In this document: positions 9,301 through 18,695 of the stretch, piece by piece
How positions within the stretch are numbered: position 1 is the first letter of the stretch
Layout: the number at the start of each line of letters is the position of its first letter
Source: Ostreococcus lucimarinus
Taxonomy: Eukaryota
Length of the DNA: 64,000 nucleotides
Assembly (NCBI GenBank): GCA_000092065.1
Contig: CP000594.1
Strand: one strand, 5' to 3'
Notes under the pieces: model-generated
The model's input: the letters and a program-made list of their open reading frames with translations, nothing else
What the model was told of the DNA's origin: nothing
Databases searched by the model: none
Translations under genes and position numbers: made by a program

Positions 9301-12300
9301 GTGACTCAGATGGACTCAATGTTTTACGGTGCTTCAGCCTTCAATTATGACATCACTGGTTGGAGTTCAGCAAGCCTTACGTCGTCGGCGAGCATGTTTC
9401 TCGACGCGCCGGCTTGGCTGGCGAGGTACAAGAACACCGTCGCCTCTGGTAGCAAAAATGGGCCATCGTCGAACTGGCTCGGTCCCGGTCCGTTCACGAC
9501 CAAGTCGGCGTTGGAGACCGCTACATGGAACTGCTTGGCGGGGAGCGCCGATGCCGATGGCAACTGCGACTGTACGACCGTCGATTGTGGCGCGGCGGTG
9601 TATGAATCGATTTCGAACTGGAACACGAGTTTGATCACGGACATGACCGGTTTGTTTGAAGGTAAGTCTTCATTCAACGCGAATATCGGCGGATGGAACA
9701 CGGGGAGCGTCACAAACATGCACCAGATGTTTAACGGCGCGACTGCTTTCAACCAAGACATCGGTTCTTGGGATGTCTCGGATGTAGCGGACATGTATCA
9801 AATGTTCGGTAGCGCGTCGTCGTTCAATCAAAACATTGGGTCGTGGAACACAGGCAGTGTGACGGATATGAGCGGTATGTTCATGAATGCATCTGCGTTT
9901 AACCAGCCCGTTGGTGACTGGAACACAGGCAGCGTCGTGGATATGAGCGGCATGTTTGAGAGCGTGTCTGCGTTTAACCAGCCCATTGGTGAGTGGAACA
10001 CAGGTAGCGTGGCGGATATGAACGGTATGTTCAGGAGCGCATCCGCGTTTAACGAGCCCGTTGGTGCATGGAACACAGGCAGCGTGACGGATATGAGCGG
10101 CATGTTTGAGAGCGTGTCTGCGTTTAACCAGCCCATTGGTGAGTGGAACACAGGTAGCGTGGCGGATATGAACGGTATGTTCAGGAGCGCATCCGCGTTT
10201 AACCAGCCGATTGGTGAGTGGGCCACAGGAAGCGTGGCGGATATGAGCGGCATGTTTGAGAGTGCATCCGCGTTTAACCAGCCGATTGGTGAGTGGGACA
10301 CAGACAGCGTGACGGATATGAGCAGCATGTTTGAGAGCGCGTCTGAATTCAATTATAACATCACTGATTGGAGTTCAGCTAGTCTCACGACGGACATGTT
10401 TCTCGATGCGACAGCTTGGCTGGGAAGATTTGCACGCAAAGATGGCGAAGACACCACTGATGGCCCACCATCCAAGTGGGGCGAACCGTGTGGCAATGAG
10501 TGGTACGATGCGACCTTTGAGGAGAAGTGTGAGCCAAGAGTGAACGGGATTGAAGTGAAAGGATGCAATTCTACGTGCGGGATAAAAGACAACTGGCGGT
10601 GCGACAATTTCGACTTGCTACGCCCCCCCGGTGATGACTTAGATAGCTACAATTGTACGTGCGACAACCCGGCGGGCACGTACGCATCGCCTGATCTTGA
10701 TTGTGCTCGCACAGATTGCATTTACGGCGAGCGGTGTCTCGCTAACGGCCTAGGCTGTGCGCCCGGTGCCGGTGGAAACGCATGCGACCGGTGTTTGACG
10801 GCCGCTGATATTGCCGAGCTTCCACTCAACGAACGAAGTCTCAGCAAGAATGGCTATTACAAGACTGGGCAGATGTGCACGGCTTGTCCAGAGACATCGG
10901 CTGGTCAACTTTTCGCTGCGGCTGCGGTTGTCGTCGTCCTCGCTTTTTGTGGTTTCAAAGCCTCTCAATTGATGGGCGCTCAAGCGACGAACAATTTGAA
11001 GAAAATTGTCGAGTCGCTGCAGTTCTTCTCTCTTTCGCTCAGTATGAGTATCAAGTGGCCTGGACCCGTACTCAATCTCGGTAAATATTTGGAAGCTTTC
11101 ACGTTCAGTATTGAGTTTCTACGACCCGAATGCGTCGCTACGGGGCTGAATTGGCTCAATATATTTTTGTCCTCAGTGTTTTTCGTTCCCGCTCTCATCT
11201 TCATAATCATCGTCGTGAACAATAGACGGGCGAAGCACCGTTACAAAACAACGGTGCGCGCGATCGACAGTGAACGACACGAGGATGGCGAAACAGTCTA
11301 CTGGATCAAGAAACCAGGTTTCTTGTGGGGTACGCGGAGAGCTTACGAGTCCAAGGGTGGAGATAAGATTGTTCGCGAGTTGCAGCGCCAGTATCGGTTT
11401 CGAGCCGCGCTTCGATCTTTCGGCGTACTGTCGCTGACCGTCCTATACCTTCCCATCGTGCGTATGTGCCTTCAGTCATACGATTGCATAAAGATAGACG
11501 GCGTGGATGGGCTTCGATTGGAGCATGACATAGATATCCTCTGTGAAAGCGAAGGGCACGTGATCATCCAGGCCGCCGCCGCGGTGATGTTGGCCATTGT
11601 CGGTATCGGCATGCCAATTTACGTCATAATGCAAGTTCGTAAGATCCGTTTGAGCGGTAAACTGGATGATCCACAGACTATCGACTCGTATGGTCCGTTC
11701 TACGACGTCTACCGGCGCGAGGAGCTCACACACGATCACAAATTGGAGATTGCGAGCATTCGACAAACCGCGGTCGAGTCGTCCTCATTTCGACGAGGCG
11801 AAGGCACGAGCGACGAACGTCCTTTCGATGCAGCAACTGATGATATTGCAGAAGAAATCGCAAATGAAGCCAGGGTCGATACGGAAGAAGATTCAAGCGA
11901 CGTTGATCGTGTTGACGTCGAGGACGATAGTGATACTCCACCACCTCAGAAAGTTGCATCCGGTCTCGGTAAGCTCGCTCGGGCGTTAACGATGACGAAG
12001 TCTGCTTTAGGCCGGACGACGTCAGCGAAAGCGCGCGAACGGGCACATCGAATGCACTGGAAGGACAGGTTCGCGCTTCACTACCTGGCCGTTGAACTAG
12101 TGCAGAAGAGTTGCGTCATTTTGACGACGTCTCCGCTAGTGGCCGAAACCGCGGTGAGCGGTTGGGCTCTGGTTGTCGTACACTGGTTTACCGGCGCCTT
12201 CGTCTACGTGTGTCAGCCTTGGCGCATCATGACGCTCGGCTTCGGCAAATACAAGGTGCGAAATTGCTTAAACAAAGTCGAGTCCTTGGCTGGATTTTTG

Positions 12301-12597
12301 CAGGGCGTGGGACCGTTCTTGGCGATGATCTTCCCTGTTCAGAGAAACGAGTTGGGCGAGGTGAAGCAAACTGTGACACTCTCAGCCATAACTGTCCTGC
12401 TGACCATCATAATCACCGGGCTGCTTTCTATTCGTATCATTGTTTTCGTCGGCGAACGCGTCGCCGTCAAACGAAAGAAGATGGACATTGACAAGGATCC
12501 CGAGAAATGCATGCAAAATGTTCACAAACAACTGGTCAAGCTCGCAACCAACAGAGCGATTGTGAGCATGTTGCTTTCAAGGCAGATTTCGACATAA
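6367..12597 (+). CDS. Giant DUF285-repeat (BspA-like) cell-surface protein. It has a signal peptide, about 40 DUF285 units, Cys-rich EGF-like spacers and a C-terminal multi-pass TM region.
   Basis: The ORF is open from 5875 (GTG) and the first ATG is at 5890. A clear signal peptide 'MLFATATWMLLLLTSFVDGA' begins at 6367 and was chosen as the start; an upstream start or 5' intron is not excluded. The repeat 'AFNQxIGxWNTxxVTxMxxMF' occurs throughout. At least 7 hydrophobic helices follow aa ~1680 ('AAAAVVVVLAFCGF', 'FFVPALIFIIIVV', 'VIIQAAAAVMLAIVGIGMPIYVI' and others). Confidence 0.6.
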   Translation: MLFATATWMLLLLTSFVDGAIVDRDALKVAVDNCLAANATGNCDCSSDSVDCGTAGSLPISQWDTSRVNDMNRLFSNQGSFNANISAWDVSGVTDMTRMFEGANSFAQDISSWNVVNVTSMDTMFYRADAFNAPIGSWNTDGVTNMFQMFHSAHLFDQPIGSWNTERVTTMQCMFMYAREFNQDISSWNTANVVNMWDMFYSADAFNQNIGSWNTEEVTDMRYMFYSADAFNQNIGSWNTEKVTDLSGMFQGAAAFNQDIGSWNTEEVTDMSGMFQGAAAFNQDIGSWTTTSVKNMESMFEDATAFNQNISSWNVSAVTDFDRMFYTATAFNKGIITTKTTWTGATGASATDMFSAATAWLQRYEYTTNPSGSVVNGPASAWSVKKCSSNQYVLSNTCKACASGKFRSAGDDPDGSNTACTYASPFASNTQLKDTIESSYCLGGSDATGANCTDGKGMYIAQWDTSLITDMNHLFYNKISFDANISTWNTAKVTKMDSMFSQARAFNQRINEWNTSSVVTMEAMFRYAESFDQPIGEWNTGRVTNMKDMFSQASEFNQNIGNWDTSSVTTMDTMFRYTESFNQPISEWNTGRVTNMKDMFSHAYAFNHSIGDWNTGAVENMELMFQNTGVFNQDISSWNTAAVTQMDSMFYGASAFNYDITGWSSASLTSSTDMFLSATAWLARYKNTASPGSKNGPSSNWLGPGPFTTKSALETATWNCLAGSADADGNCDCTTVDCGAAVYESISNWNTSLITDMTGLFEGKSSFNANIGGWNTGSVTNMHQMFNGATAFNQDIGSWDVSDVADMYQMFGSASSFNQNIGSWNTGSVTDMSGMFMNASAFNQPVGDWNTGSVVDMSGMFESVSAFNQPIGEWNTGRVTNMKEMFSQASEFNQNIGNWDTSSVTTMDTMFRYTESFNQPISEWNTGRVTNMKDMFSHAYAFNHSIGDWNTGAVENMELMFQNTGVFNQDISSWNTAAVTQMDSMFYGASAFNYDITGWSSASLTSSASMFLDAPAWLARYKNTVASGSKNGPSSNWLGPGPFTTKSALETATWNCLAGSADADGNCDCTTVDCGAAVYESISNWNTSLITDMTGLFEGKSSFNANIGGWNTGSVTNMHQMFNGATAFNQDIGSWDVSDVADMYQMFGSASSFNQNIGSWNTGSVTDMSGMFMNASAFNQPVGDWNTGSVVDMSGMFESVSAFNQPIGEWNTGSVADMNGMFRSASAFNEPVGAWNTGSVTDMSGMFESVSAFNQPIGEWNTGSVADMNGMFRSASAFNQPIGEWATGSVADMSGMFESASAFNQPIGEWDTDSVTDMSSMFESASEFNYNITDWSSASLTTDMFLDATAWLGRFARKDGEDTTDGPPSKWGEPCGNEWYDATFEEKCEPRVNGIEVKGCNSTCGIKDNWRCDNFDLLRPPGDDLDSYNCTCDNPAGTYASPDLDCARTDCIYGERCLANGLGCAPGAGGNACDRCLTAADIAELPLNERSLSKNGYYKTGQMCTACPETSAGQLFAAAAVVVVLAFCGFKASQLMGAQATNNLKKIVESLQFFSLSLSMSIKWPGPVLNLGKYLEAFTFSIEFLRPECVATGLNWLNIFLSSVFFVPALIFIIIVVNNRRAKHRYKTTVRAIDSERHEDGETVYWIKKPGFLWGTRRAYESKGGDKIVRELQRQYRFRAALRSFGVLSLTVLYLPIVRMCLQSYDCIKIDGVDGLRLEHDIDILCESEGHVIIQAAAAVMLAIVGIGMPIYVIMQVRKIRLSGKLDDPQTIDSYGPFYDVYRREELTHDHKLEIASIRQTAVESSSFRRGEGTSDERPFDAATDDIAEEIANEARVDTEEDSSDVDRVDVEDDSDTPPPQKVASGLGKLARALTMTKSALGRTTSAKARERAHRMHWKDRFALHYLAVELVQKSCVILTTSPLVAETAVSGWALVVVHWFTGAFVYVCQPWRIMTLGFGKYKVRNCLNKVESLAGFLQGVGPFLAMIFPVQRNELGEVKQTVTLSAITVLLTIIITGLLSIRIIVFVGERVAVKRKKMDIDKDPEKCMQNVHKQLVKLATNRAIVSMLLSRQIST
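7962..9977 (+). repeat. Near-perfect 2 x 1008-bp in-frame tandem duplication inside the DUF285 gene (336 aa each)
   Basis: ORF-track artefacts 8321..8626 and 9329..9634 are identical in length and about 98% identical. The nucleotide text 7962–8969 repeats at 8970–9977. Smaller 126/252-bp DUF285 unit repeats follow to about 10330. Confidence 0.85.
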
Positions 12598-12641
12598 AGC
12601 GCCGTAAAGCACGCGCGAGGCTGGAAGATACCCGCCAAGCG

Positions 12642-14399
12642 ATGTTATCGCGCATCGATATCTTGAAGTCACAACAGACCGACGAGGACCATTCCGATAA
12701 AATTACCGCGTTGTACGAAGTGGCGAATGAAATGGCACACATCGTGAATACGATCGTACCCCAAGCACCCCCAACCGGTCCCAACGCAGAAGGGTCTATC
12801 GAATTGCTGGATGAACAACTGGCATCAATTCTCAAGGACGTCGACGTCCGAGCGCGGGCGAACGCGTTAGATGCCCCAAATTCTGCGGCAGTACATATCG
12901 TGATGAAAGTCCACGCGTTCGATACAATCATATGTCGACTTGACGAACATTTGCTCGAATTCGCGGCGGCAGAACTTGTGAGTGAGCTTGCCGAGCTGGG
13001 TCGAAGACACGCTGAATTACGACATACGCGAAGTTGTGTCGCGATAGGTTTCGGTGACGCAGAGCTTCGAGCTACTTTCGATGCGCTACGATCGTCTATC
13101 GAGACACTTCGCCATGCCGTTGAGAACGACGACTTCGAAGCTGTATTCACCACTTTGAATGGTGGGAAGGAGATCATTGATTCTCACTTACGATGGTGTC
13201 GGGATCAATGTGAATTGTTCAAGAGCGCCGAGGACGAGCACCCCGATTTCCTCGAGGACGAGCCTCCACTGACGACCAAGTTTTTCAAGGCGACAGTCAA
13301 GGTGATACAATCCCATGAAAAGCAACTGTCTAAATTCAAATCGGAGTGTATTCGTAACTGGCCCCCGCTTTTCAAGAACTTTGGCCGCGTCAAGTACATA
13401 CAAGGCTTTGCTGAGCAACTTCAGAATCAACTCCATCTCGATCTCAATGAAAGCACGCCGGAGGAGGCCAAGGCTGTTTTCGATCAGGTGTTGGCCTTCA
13501 CAGATGGCTTCGCGGTTTGGTGCGGCGATTTAGTGGCACAGGTCGAAGGCTCAGATGTCTTCATCTTGTTTGAGCCAATCGCCCGCGCGATGATGGAAAG
13601 CTTGAAAGCCATCAGAACAGACGCTGAGTCGCAAAGTGCACTCGCGAGGCAAGCATTGAGTATGATAGATTATGCGGTGACGCAACGGGCGTTGGCCGCA
13701 ACGACGCGATCGGGCTTGCAGACAGCACTCGCAGATGGTACGTCTGCGCTTGAAGACCAGCTCGCCGCAGAAATTGCACACATGGACGCTGCGAAGATTT
13801 CTCGAGAGACTACTTTCGAGACCGACAAGATGCGCATCGAGGAAGCTTTGACTACATCAGAGCAAGAGTCGGACGGTAGGCGAGCGGTTTTAGAGGATGA
13901 CATTCGATCGCAACAGGACACTATCGCGCGGCTACAAAACTTGAAACGGGAAGAGGCCGCGGCATCGAGCTCTATAAACCCGTTGAAATGGGAGCGTTTC
14001 AGTCGAAGCACTGAGCTCGCCGAAGCTGTAAGTGCACTCCGTATGAGCAAACAAAACTTGAAGAATGAAGAGCTTGCAAATGAGAAGGCCCGCGGGGATG
14101 CCCGTAAGGCTGTTCATTCGTTGGAACGGGGCCTGAAAAAGGACCTGGTCGAATGTGACGTCCGAGCAAAAAAAATCCGAGACGATGTGGCAAAGGAGCT
14201 GAAGAAACAAACTCTGGATGCTCAGAGGAAGACACCCGAAGACGCTAAAGCCCATAAGGCTAGTCTGGCTTCCAGGCGCGCGGTGTTCCAGCAACAACGC
14301 GCCGCCGCCAAACTCATCGCGAGCGAAAGTAGAGAAGCTACGCGAATCCAAGCACAGCTTGCATACTACATGCGAAATTTAAAGGCGCGCGAATCGTGA
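12642..14399 (+). CDS. Hypothetical coiled-coil protein
   Basis: 630-aa ORF from 12507 overlaps the end of the preceding gene by 90 nt. The in-frame Met at 12642 ('MLSRIDILK') avoids the overlap. It is rich in heptad-like charged segments with no recognisable enzymatic motif. The start is uncertain, and it could instead be a frameshifted or spliced cytoplasmic tail of the upstream gene. Confidence 0.35.
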   Translation: MLSRIDILKSQQTDEDHSDKITALYEVANEMAHIVNTIVPQAPPTGPNAEGSIELLDEQLASILKDVDVRARANALDAPNSAAVHIVMKVHAFDTIICRLDEHLLEFAAAELVSELAELGRRHAELRHTRSCVAIGFGDAELRATFDALRSSIETLRHAVENDDFEAVFTTLNGGKEIIDSHLRWCRDQCELFKSAEDEHPDFLEDEPPLTTKFFKATVKVIQSHEKQLSKFKSECIRNWPPLFKNFGRVKYIQGFAEQLQNQLHLDLNESTPEEAKAVFDQVLAFTDGFAVWCGDLVAQVEGSDVFILFEPIARAMMESLKAIRTDAESQSALARQALSMIDYAVTQRALAATTRSGLQTALADGTSALEDQLAAEIAHMDAAKISRETTFETDKMRIEEALTTSEQESDGRRAVLEDDIRSQQDTIARLQNLKREEAAASSSINPLKWERFSRSTELAEAVSALRMSKQNLKNEELANEKARGDARKAVHSLERGLKKDLVECDVRAKKIRDDVAKELKKQTLDAQRKTPEDAKAHKASLASRRAVFQQQRAAAKLIASESREATRIQAQLAYYMRNLKARES

Positions 14400-14883
14400 T
14401 ATAGCGGTCGTCTACGAGGAATACACGCATAGTCTAAACATGACCATCCTGTTGGAGAAGGAGCTGAGTTTCCGCTTCGTTACGGATGAGATTGTCGCGA
14501 GGAGATGAGCCTTCAAATTCGGGGCGATGGCTCACAAATCAGGCAAGGGAAGACAGGTGCACGTGCAAACTCTCAGCGGAAAGAGTTCATCGTCTCGAAG
14601 ATCTCGGTGTTTGGTGAGACAAACTCGACACACAGCAGGAGCACTTCACTGCCTGAGTGTACAGAAGATGTAACTAGCCTGAAGCGTTCGACCGTTGAGA
14701 CCTCAAGTTTTGGTGCCCTCGCTTAAGATTTCTTCAGAATAGAATCTCTGAAAGCAAGGGATGCTCAAAGCAGCAAAAATGACTTCCTACTACGGGCCAC
14801 ACAGGACGCCGAGCCCGATTTCTCTGTGCGTTCCGACCCCCCTTAACAGCGGACCCTTGGGTCTTAAGAAATTTCAACCTTTA

Positions 14884-14912
14884 AGGTTATAGGTTATATA
14901 GGTTATAGGTTT
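14884..14912. repeat. Short (aggttat)n-like microsatellite
   Basis: 'aggttataggttatataggttataggttt' read directly. Confidence 0.5.
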
Positions 14913-15261
14913 ATTTATAAAGTTTACATGTGACGTTTTTTTTCAAAAATGGAAAAAAAAGTGACGGAGAGAAAGTTCCTCACAGGACCTCCAACCACTA
15001 AACCCATAACCGGTCACTCTTCCTCGCCCCGTTCTTTGATACACGTTCGCCCCACGACGGTTCGACCTGAAATTTTTTTCGGTTTGGCTTCGAACCCGAG
15101 CTTGGTCAGCGCGCGTCCGATGAGCATCTTGCTCACGGTGCAGCCGTTAAAAATATCAACTTTTTTGTTTCAGTTGGGGCACCCCAACATGATAAAACGC
15201 TCATCGACGTTGATGTACCGCATGTACGATTTCTTCAGAACCAATCGTTCGAGTGAAGTGG

Positions 15262-15759
15262 TCAAACCAAGCCACGCAACTCATCTACCGTAAATTGATA
15301 CTTGTCGAGACTGCGCTTCGAAGGCAGCGTGCCGCGCGCTCGAGCATTCTTGAGACACGTCTTACGCAGTATTCTTTTCGCGTGCTGCTTGTAATAATTG
15401 AGTTGTCTGTAGTTACCATCGCCGCCGTCCCGCTTCGGCGTATATTGAGCTCTGCTGTAGGCCAGACTCTCGTCCACGTTCTCGTGGCACGCGTGTTTCC
15501 GACTGCGTCCAGGAACTCGGGAGTTGAATACGCCGTCGCGCTTCTCTCTCATGTATGCACTTTTACGTTGACGGAGCTCTCCAGCTGGAATGTCCTTTTC
15601 GAGAACTCTCACGTCCGCGTCGCCAAACGTGAAGATTGGATGCCGTGCGTATTTATGCGAGGCAAGGCGCGCTCTGAGCGAACCTGTCGTCGATCCGATG
15701 TACGTTTTGTCACATTTCGCATTATCGCTAAACATTTCGTACACGCATCCCGACGGCAT
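15262..15759 (-). CDS. GIY-YIG family nuclease, 165 aa
   Basis: Same motifs as 4584..5081. Confidence 0.8.
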   Translation of the reverse strand: MPSGCVYEMFSDNAKCDKTYIGSTTGSLRARLASHKYARHPIFTFGDADVRVLEKDIPAGELRQRKSAYMREKRDGVFNSRVPGRSRKHACHENVDESLAYSRAQYTPKRDGGDGNYRQLNYYKQHAKRILRKTCLKNARARGTLPSKRSLDKYQFTVDELRGLV

Positions 15760-15926
15760 TTGTCCTGGTTACCTGTCTATCCCTAAGAAAATATTGTTGT
15801 CAAAAGTCCTCCTGCTGCGGTTTGCAGTCGCATTCGAGAGACCGTATCGCTGCGTGGGCTGCAAGGTCTGGGATGTAGATATCGAACCGCCCGATTTCAC
15901 ACCTGGACGTTCGTGATCCGTCGAGA

Positions 15927-16117
15927 CCTGACGAAATGACGAACTTGTTTTGTCGTCCCGAAATTCGTCAGCCCGTCGTTCGGTCACACTTTGTGTGTAC
16001 CAATGATGAAAATGACGAAATGTTAAAATATTTTAATGTTTATTTTTATTTTAGATCTACGACAAGCAACAGTGTAGACCTTTATGAAAACAGTTCGTCA
16101 TTCGTCATTTCGTCAGG
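15927..16117. promoter_or_regulatory. Intra-element inverted repeat ('cctgacgaaatgacgaac' and 'gttcgtcattcgtcatttcgtcagg') around an AT-rich spacer, between the primase-helicase and GIY-YIG genes
   Basis: The arms are reverse complements at 15927..15944 and 16093..16117, with one extra heptamer in the right arm. The spacer contains 'atgatgaaaatgacgaaatgttaaaatattttaatgtttatttttattttag'. It is conserved in all three copies (5268–5460 and 44254–44440). Confidence 0.6.
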
Positions 16118-16182
16118 ATCCAAACCATGGTCTTTTCGGTGTCTTGTTGAGTCTTCATATTGCAAATGTACGAATCACAAAA

Positions 16183-18393
16183 TTAGTATGAACACCAGAC
16201 GACCGCCGGCGCGAGCTCCGTCTCCCCCGTGTACCCATTGTTCTTCAGCCACTCGAAGCACCCGTCGCGGTCAATTTCCCAATAGACGCCATTCTCGTCC
16301 CTACCTTGCCTCAGGTGGTCCTCGCGCATTGGGATCCTGTGGCCCTTTTCCTTCTTGAAGAAGTCCTTGAGCTTATTGCCGACCCTGGTCGCGCTATCTT
16401 GACCGCGCGTAGCCGCTGGCAACCACGTCTGGTATTCGATGAAGATGTCACTGTTGCGGATTTTATTTCCAACCCACTTCTCAGGGAATTCAACAGTGAC
16501 GCAATGCTCAAACCATCGAGTGAACTTGGGCATGCAGCCACGCTTCATTTCCGAATACGCGTCGGTCGTAGGTCTGTCTTTCACGTAGTCAAAAGTCGAT
16601 AGGTCGAGCCCCATGAGGTGGTCGTAGATCGCCCTCAAGTTCCTCAGATCCTTGATGTACACGTCGCGGAATTCCTTCAAGAATCCAGTCTGGTCGTTCA
16701 AGTGCGTGAGCAGTGGCTCCATAACGACGAACCGACGATCACTCATTTCCAGAAAAACGGGGTAGTCGTCGTTCGAGAAAAATAGGAACCCAACCAGATT
16801 CATGATGACGTACAGCTGCACGTGCTTCGGGTTGATTGTGAAACTCGTGTCCGTGAGCATCGATTTCAGCAACTTTCTATACATTTTCATGATGCACTCA
16901 TCTGCTTCGTTCAACGCGAGACACTTTTTGCCTTCAATCATGTTCGCATGCGTCCCAAATATGTCCTTTTTCGGATCAGCCGTCTCATGAAACGTCTTGC
17001 CCATGAGCGCATGAAGCAGGTGCAGGAAAGTGCCCTTGCCGGTACCTTGGACTCCTCGAAACACGAGCGACGTGATCGGCTTCTCTTCGGGTCTCTGGAA
17101 GAGACACGCGAACCAATTCAAAGCGTACTCGAGCGCATTTTCTGAACCGCCACATAGCACCAGGAGGAGCTCGAGGAAAGGCTTTACGTCGCCCTCTTTG
17201 CCCAGTTCACTGGGGATGCCTTCGACCGGATAGCCTCGCCACAGATTGTACGTCTTGTTGCTGCAGTTTTTCGGGACGACATCGAGGGTATCGTACACCC
17301 GTTTATTGTCGTCGTCGAGCCACTTTTCGATGAACCCGTTCTTCTTGCCTTTCCTCAAGACACCGTTCTCATCGACAAAGGAGAGTTCTCGATAGCGCCT
17401 CACCAAAGCGGCCTCGCTGAACTTGGTAATGTCCCCGGTGGTTCCATAACAGCTATCGTCGCAGAAGAGGTCCTTGGTTAAGATCTTTGCGACGTGCTTC
17501 TCGAACTCACGGCGGACCTCGATGTAGCCCGCAGACGTGCCCTCTTTGATTTCGTTCTGCTCCTTTTCGGTGATACCGGTCACCAAACACCCAACCTCAA
17601 AGCGAAACTGTCTGGGCTTGCAGTTGCCATGGTTTTTCACGGTGAGCACGCCGAGACCGACCTCGGCGACGTAAAAGTGATTCCCACCGCCCCTTCCATT
17701 GCCTTCGTGGAAGCCCCCACAGCAAGGACATTGGCCCACAGTGGTGCCTCGCTGTGGGCGACATTGGTCGCATTCAAAATCATACGATGTCGCTCCACTG
17801 AGCCAATGTATGCCCGTGAACCCCATTTCCTCGAGCAAAGGTGTCACAGATGCTTGCGTAAAGCTGCACTCCGTGTCCGCGCGTTCGACCTTGTGACCGA
17901 CTTTGCCATCAAGGAAACTGTACAAATCGTTGGGCATCGGTGGTAAATTGTTGATGTCGCCTCGGAGTAGCTCGTAGCCCGGGGCATCGGCACCGACCAC
18001 GTAGTTACCCGTCGTACGGATATCGACGAACCCTTCGATGCCCACCGTGCCTTTCCAATCGCCGAATCGTTCTTCGTCCCATGCGAAGTACGTGTGGTAC
18101 CCGCCTGATCGCGTTTTGACGATGTACGCGCCTTCCCCGCCAACCTTGCGCGTCAACATTTCTTCCGTCAGTTCAAACTCGCACTTGCCACCGTAACAAT
18201 CCCAGTCGATGACGAGGACACGGTTCGGTCGCCCTGTCAGCACGCCGTACATTTCTCCTGGGATGACTTTCTGCGTATTCTGTTCATAGTTTGCTTCATC
18301 GAGGAACCCTCTGCCGCATGTTGGCTCCTTGTTCTGGTCGAGTGGGATCAGATGCATGCCGTTCGTAAATTCTCTGGCGTCCATATATATCAC
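16183..18393 (-). CDS. Primase-polymerase (AEP/Prim-Pol) fused to a D5-like SF3 helicase, 736 aa
   Basis: AEP motifs are present: 'VLVIDWDCY' (DxD), 'SGGYHTYF' (motif II His) and 'VDIRTTGNYVVGADAPGY' (motif III). A Cys4 Zn-ribbon 'CDQC...CPCCGGFHEG' follows. Walker A is 'GVQGTGKGTFLHLL', Walker B is 'KKCLALNEADE', and SF3 motif C is 'FFSND'. Confidence 0.85.
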   Translation of the reverse strand: MIYMDAREFTNGMHLIPLDQNKEPTCGRGFLDEANYEQNTQKVIPGEMYGVLTGRPNRVLVIDWDCYGGKCEFELTEEMLTRKVGGEGAYIVKTRSGGYHTYFAWDEERFGDWKGTVGIEGFVDIRTTGNYVVGADAPGYELLRGDINNLPPMPNDLYSFLDGKVGHKVERADTECSFTQASVTPLLEEMGFTGIHWLSGATSYDFECDQCRPQRGTTVGQCPCCGGFHEGNGRGGGNHFYVAEVGLGVLTVKNHGNCKPRQFRFEVGCLVTGITEKEQNEIKEGTSAGYIEVRREFEKHVAKILTKDLFCDDSCYGTTGDITKFSEAALVRRYRELSFVDENGVLRKGKKNGFIEKWLDDDNKRVYDTLDVVPKNCSNKTYNLWRGYPVEGIPSELGKEGDVKPFLELLLVLCGGSENALEYALNWFACLFQRPEEKPITSLVFRGVQGTGKGTFLHLLHALMGKTFHETADPKKDIFGTHANMIEGKKCLALNEADECIMKMYRKLLKSMLTDTSFTINPKHVQLYVIMNLVGFLFFSNDDYPVFLEMSDRRFVVMEPLLTHLNDQTGFLKEFRDVYIKDLRNLRAIYDHLMGLDLSTFDYVKDRPTTDAYSEMKRGCMPKFTRWFEHCVTVEFPEKWVGNKIRNSDIFIEYQTWLPAATRGQDSATRVGNKLKDFFKKEKGHRIPMREDHLRQGRDENGVYWEIDRDGCFEWLKNNGYTGETELAPAVVWCSY

Positions 18394-18695
18394 ATAAGAA
18401 AAGAATTCTTTAAGCCGTGTTTTTCCTGGTCACATCGGCGCGATGACTGATTTTCAAGTTTTTCAACAGCCTGGAAAAGCACGCCAGCGCGCCCCACTGG
18501 TCAACGTTTTGCCACTTTTTCGACGAGATCGGGGTACTGCAAAGCACACGGCGAAGACCCGAGAGATCAGCAGATCGACGAACTCCGCAGTGAGCTCAGT
18601 GACATCGTGTCAAGACTGGAGGCGGTGGAGAGCGCCTAATCATCGTTTTTCTATATCGCGCCATTCGTGGACAACAAAATATACGTCCACATATA

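Larger units (their letters stand above)
15158..18552 (-). mobile_element. Copy B of the Prim-Pol/S3H + GIY-YIG element (minus orientation). Both termini are shorter than in copy C.
   Basis: Collinear and about 95–97% identical to 43389..47116. Homology begins at 'gccg|TTAAaaatatcaac' (15158) and ends at '...cacggcgaagac' (18552). Confidence 0.75.

Noticed and set aside
5875-12597. Reading the DUF285 protein as bacterial or contaminant DNA
   Set aside because: The surrounding genes are unambiguously eukaryotic (ferritin with a transit peptide, HECT ligase, ABCF, mitochondrial carrier, NOM1-like). The same gene also has EGF-like modules and a eukaryotic-style signal peptide.
12507-12641. The first 45 codons of ORF 12507..14399, which overlap the preceding giant gene
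   Set aside because: Overlap of two long CDSs is unlikely, so the start was moved to the next in-frame Met at 12642. The alternative, that this is a frameshifted continuation of the upstream gene's cytoplasmic tail, could not be resolved from sequence alone.
14505-15293. Small ORFs 14505..14726 and 14949..15293 between the coiled-coil gene and element B
   Set aside because: They have no motifs and low complexity. The region contains a microsatellite and a flank sequence paralogous to 3096..3131, so it is more likely non-coding or degenerate.
15158-18552. Interpreting the primase-helicase/GIY-YIG copies as an integrated giant-virus (NCLDV) fragment or endogenous virophage
   Set aside because: There are no capsid, packaging ATPase, polymerase B or other viral hallmark genes nearby. 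The unit is short, has defined shared termini, and is present in three near-identical copies at unrelated loci, which fits a mobile element better. A viral origin of the two genes remains possible.
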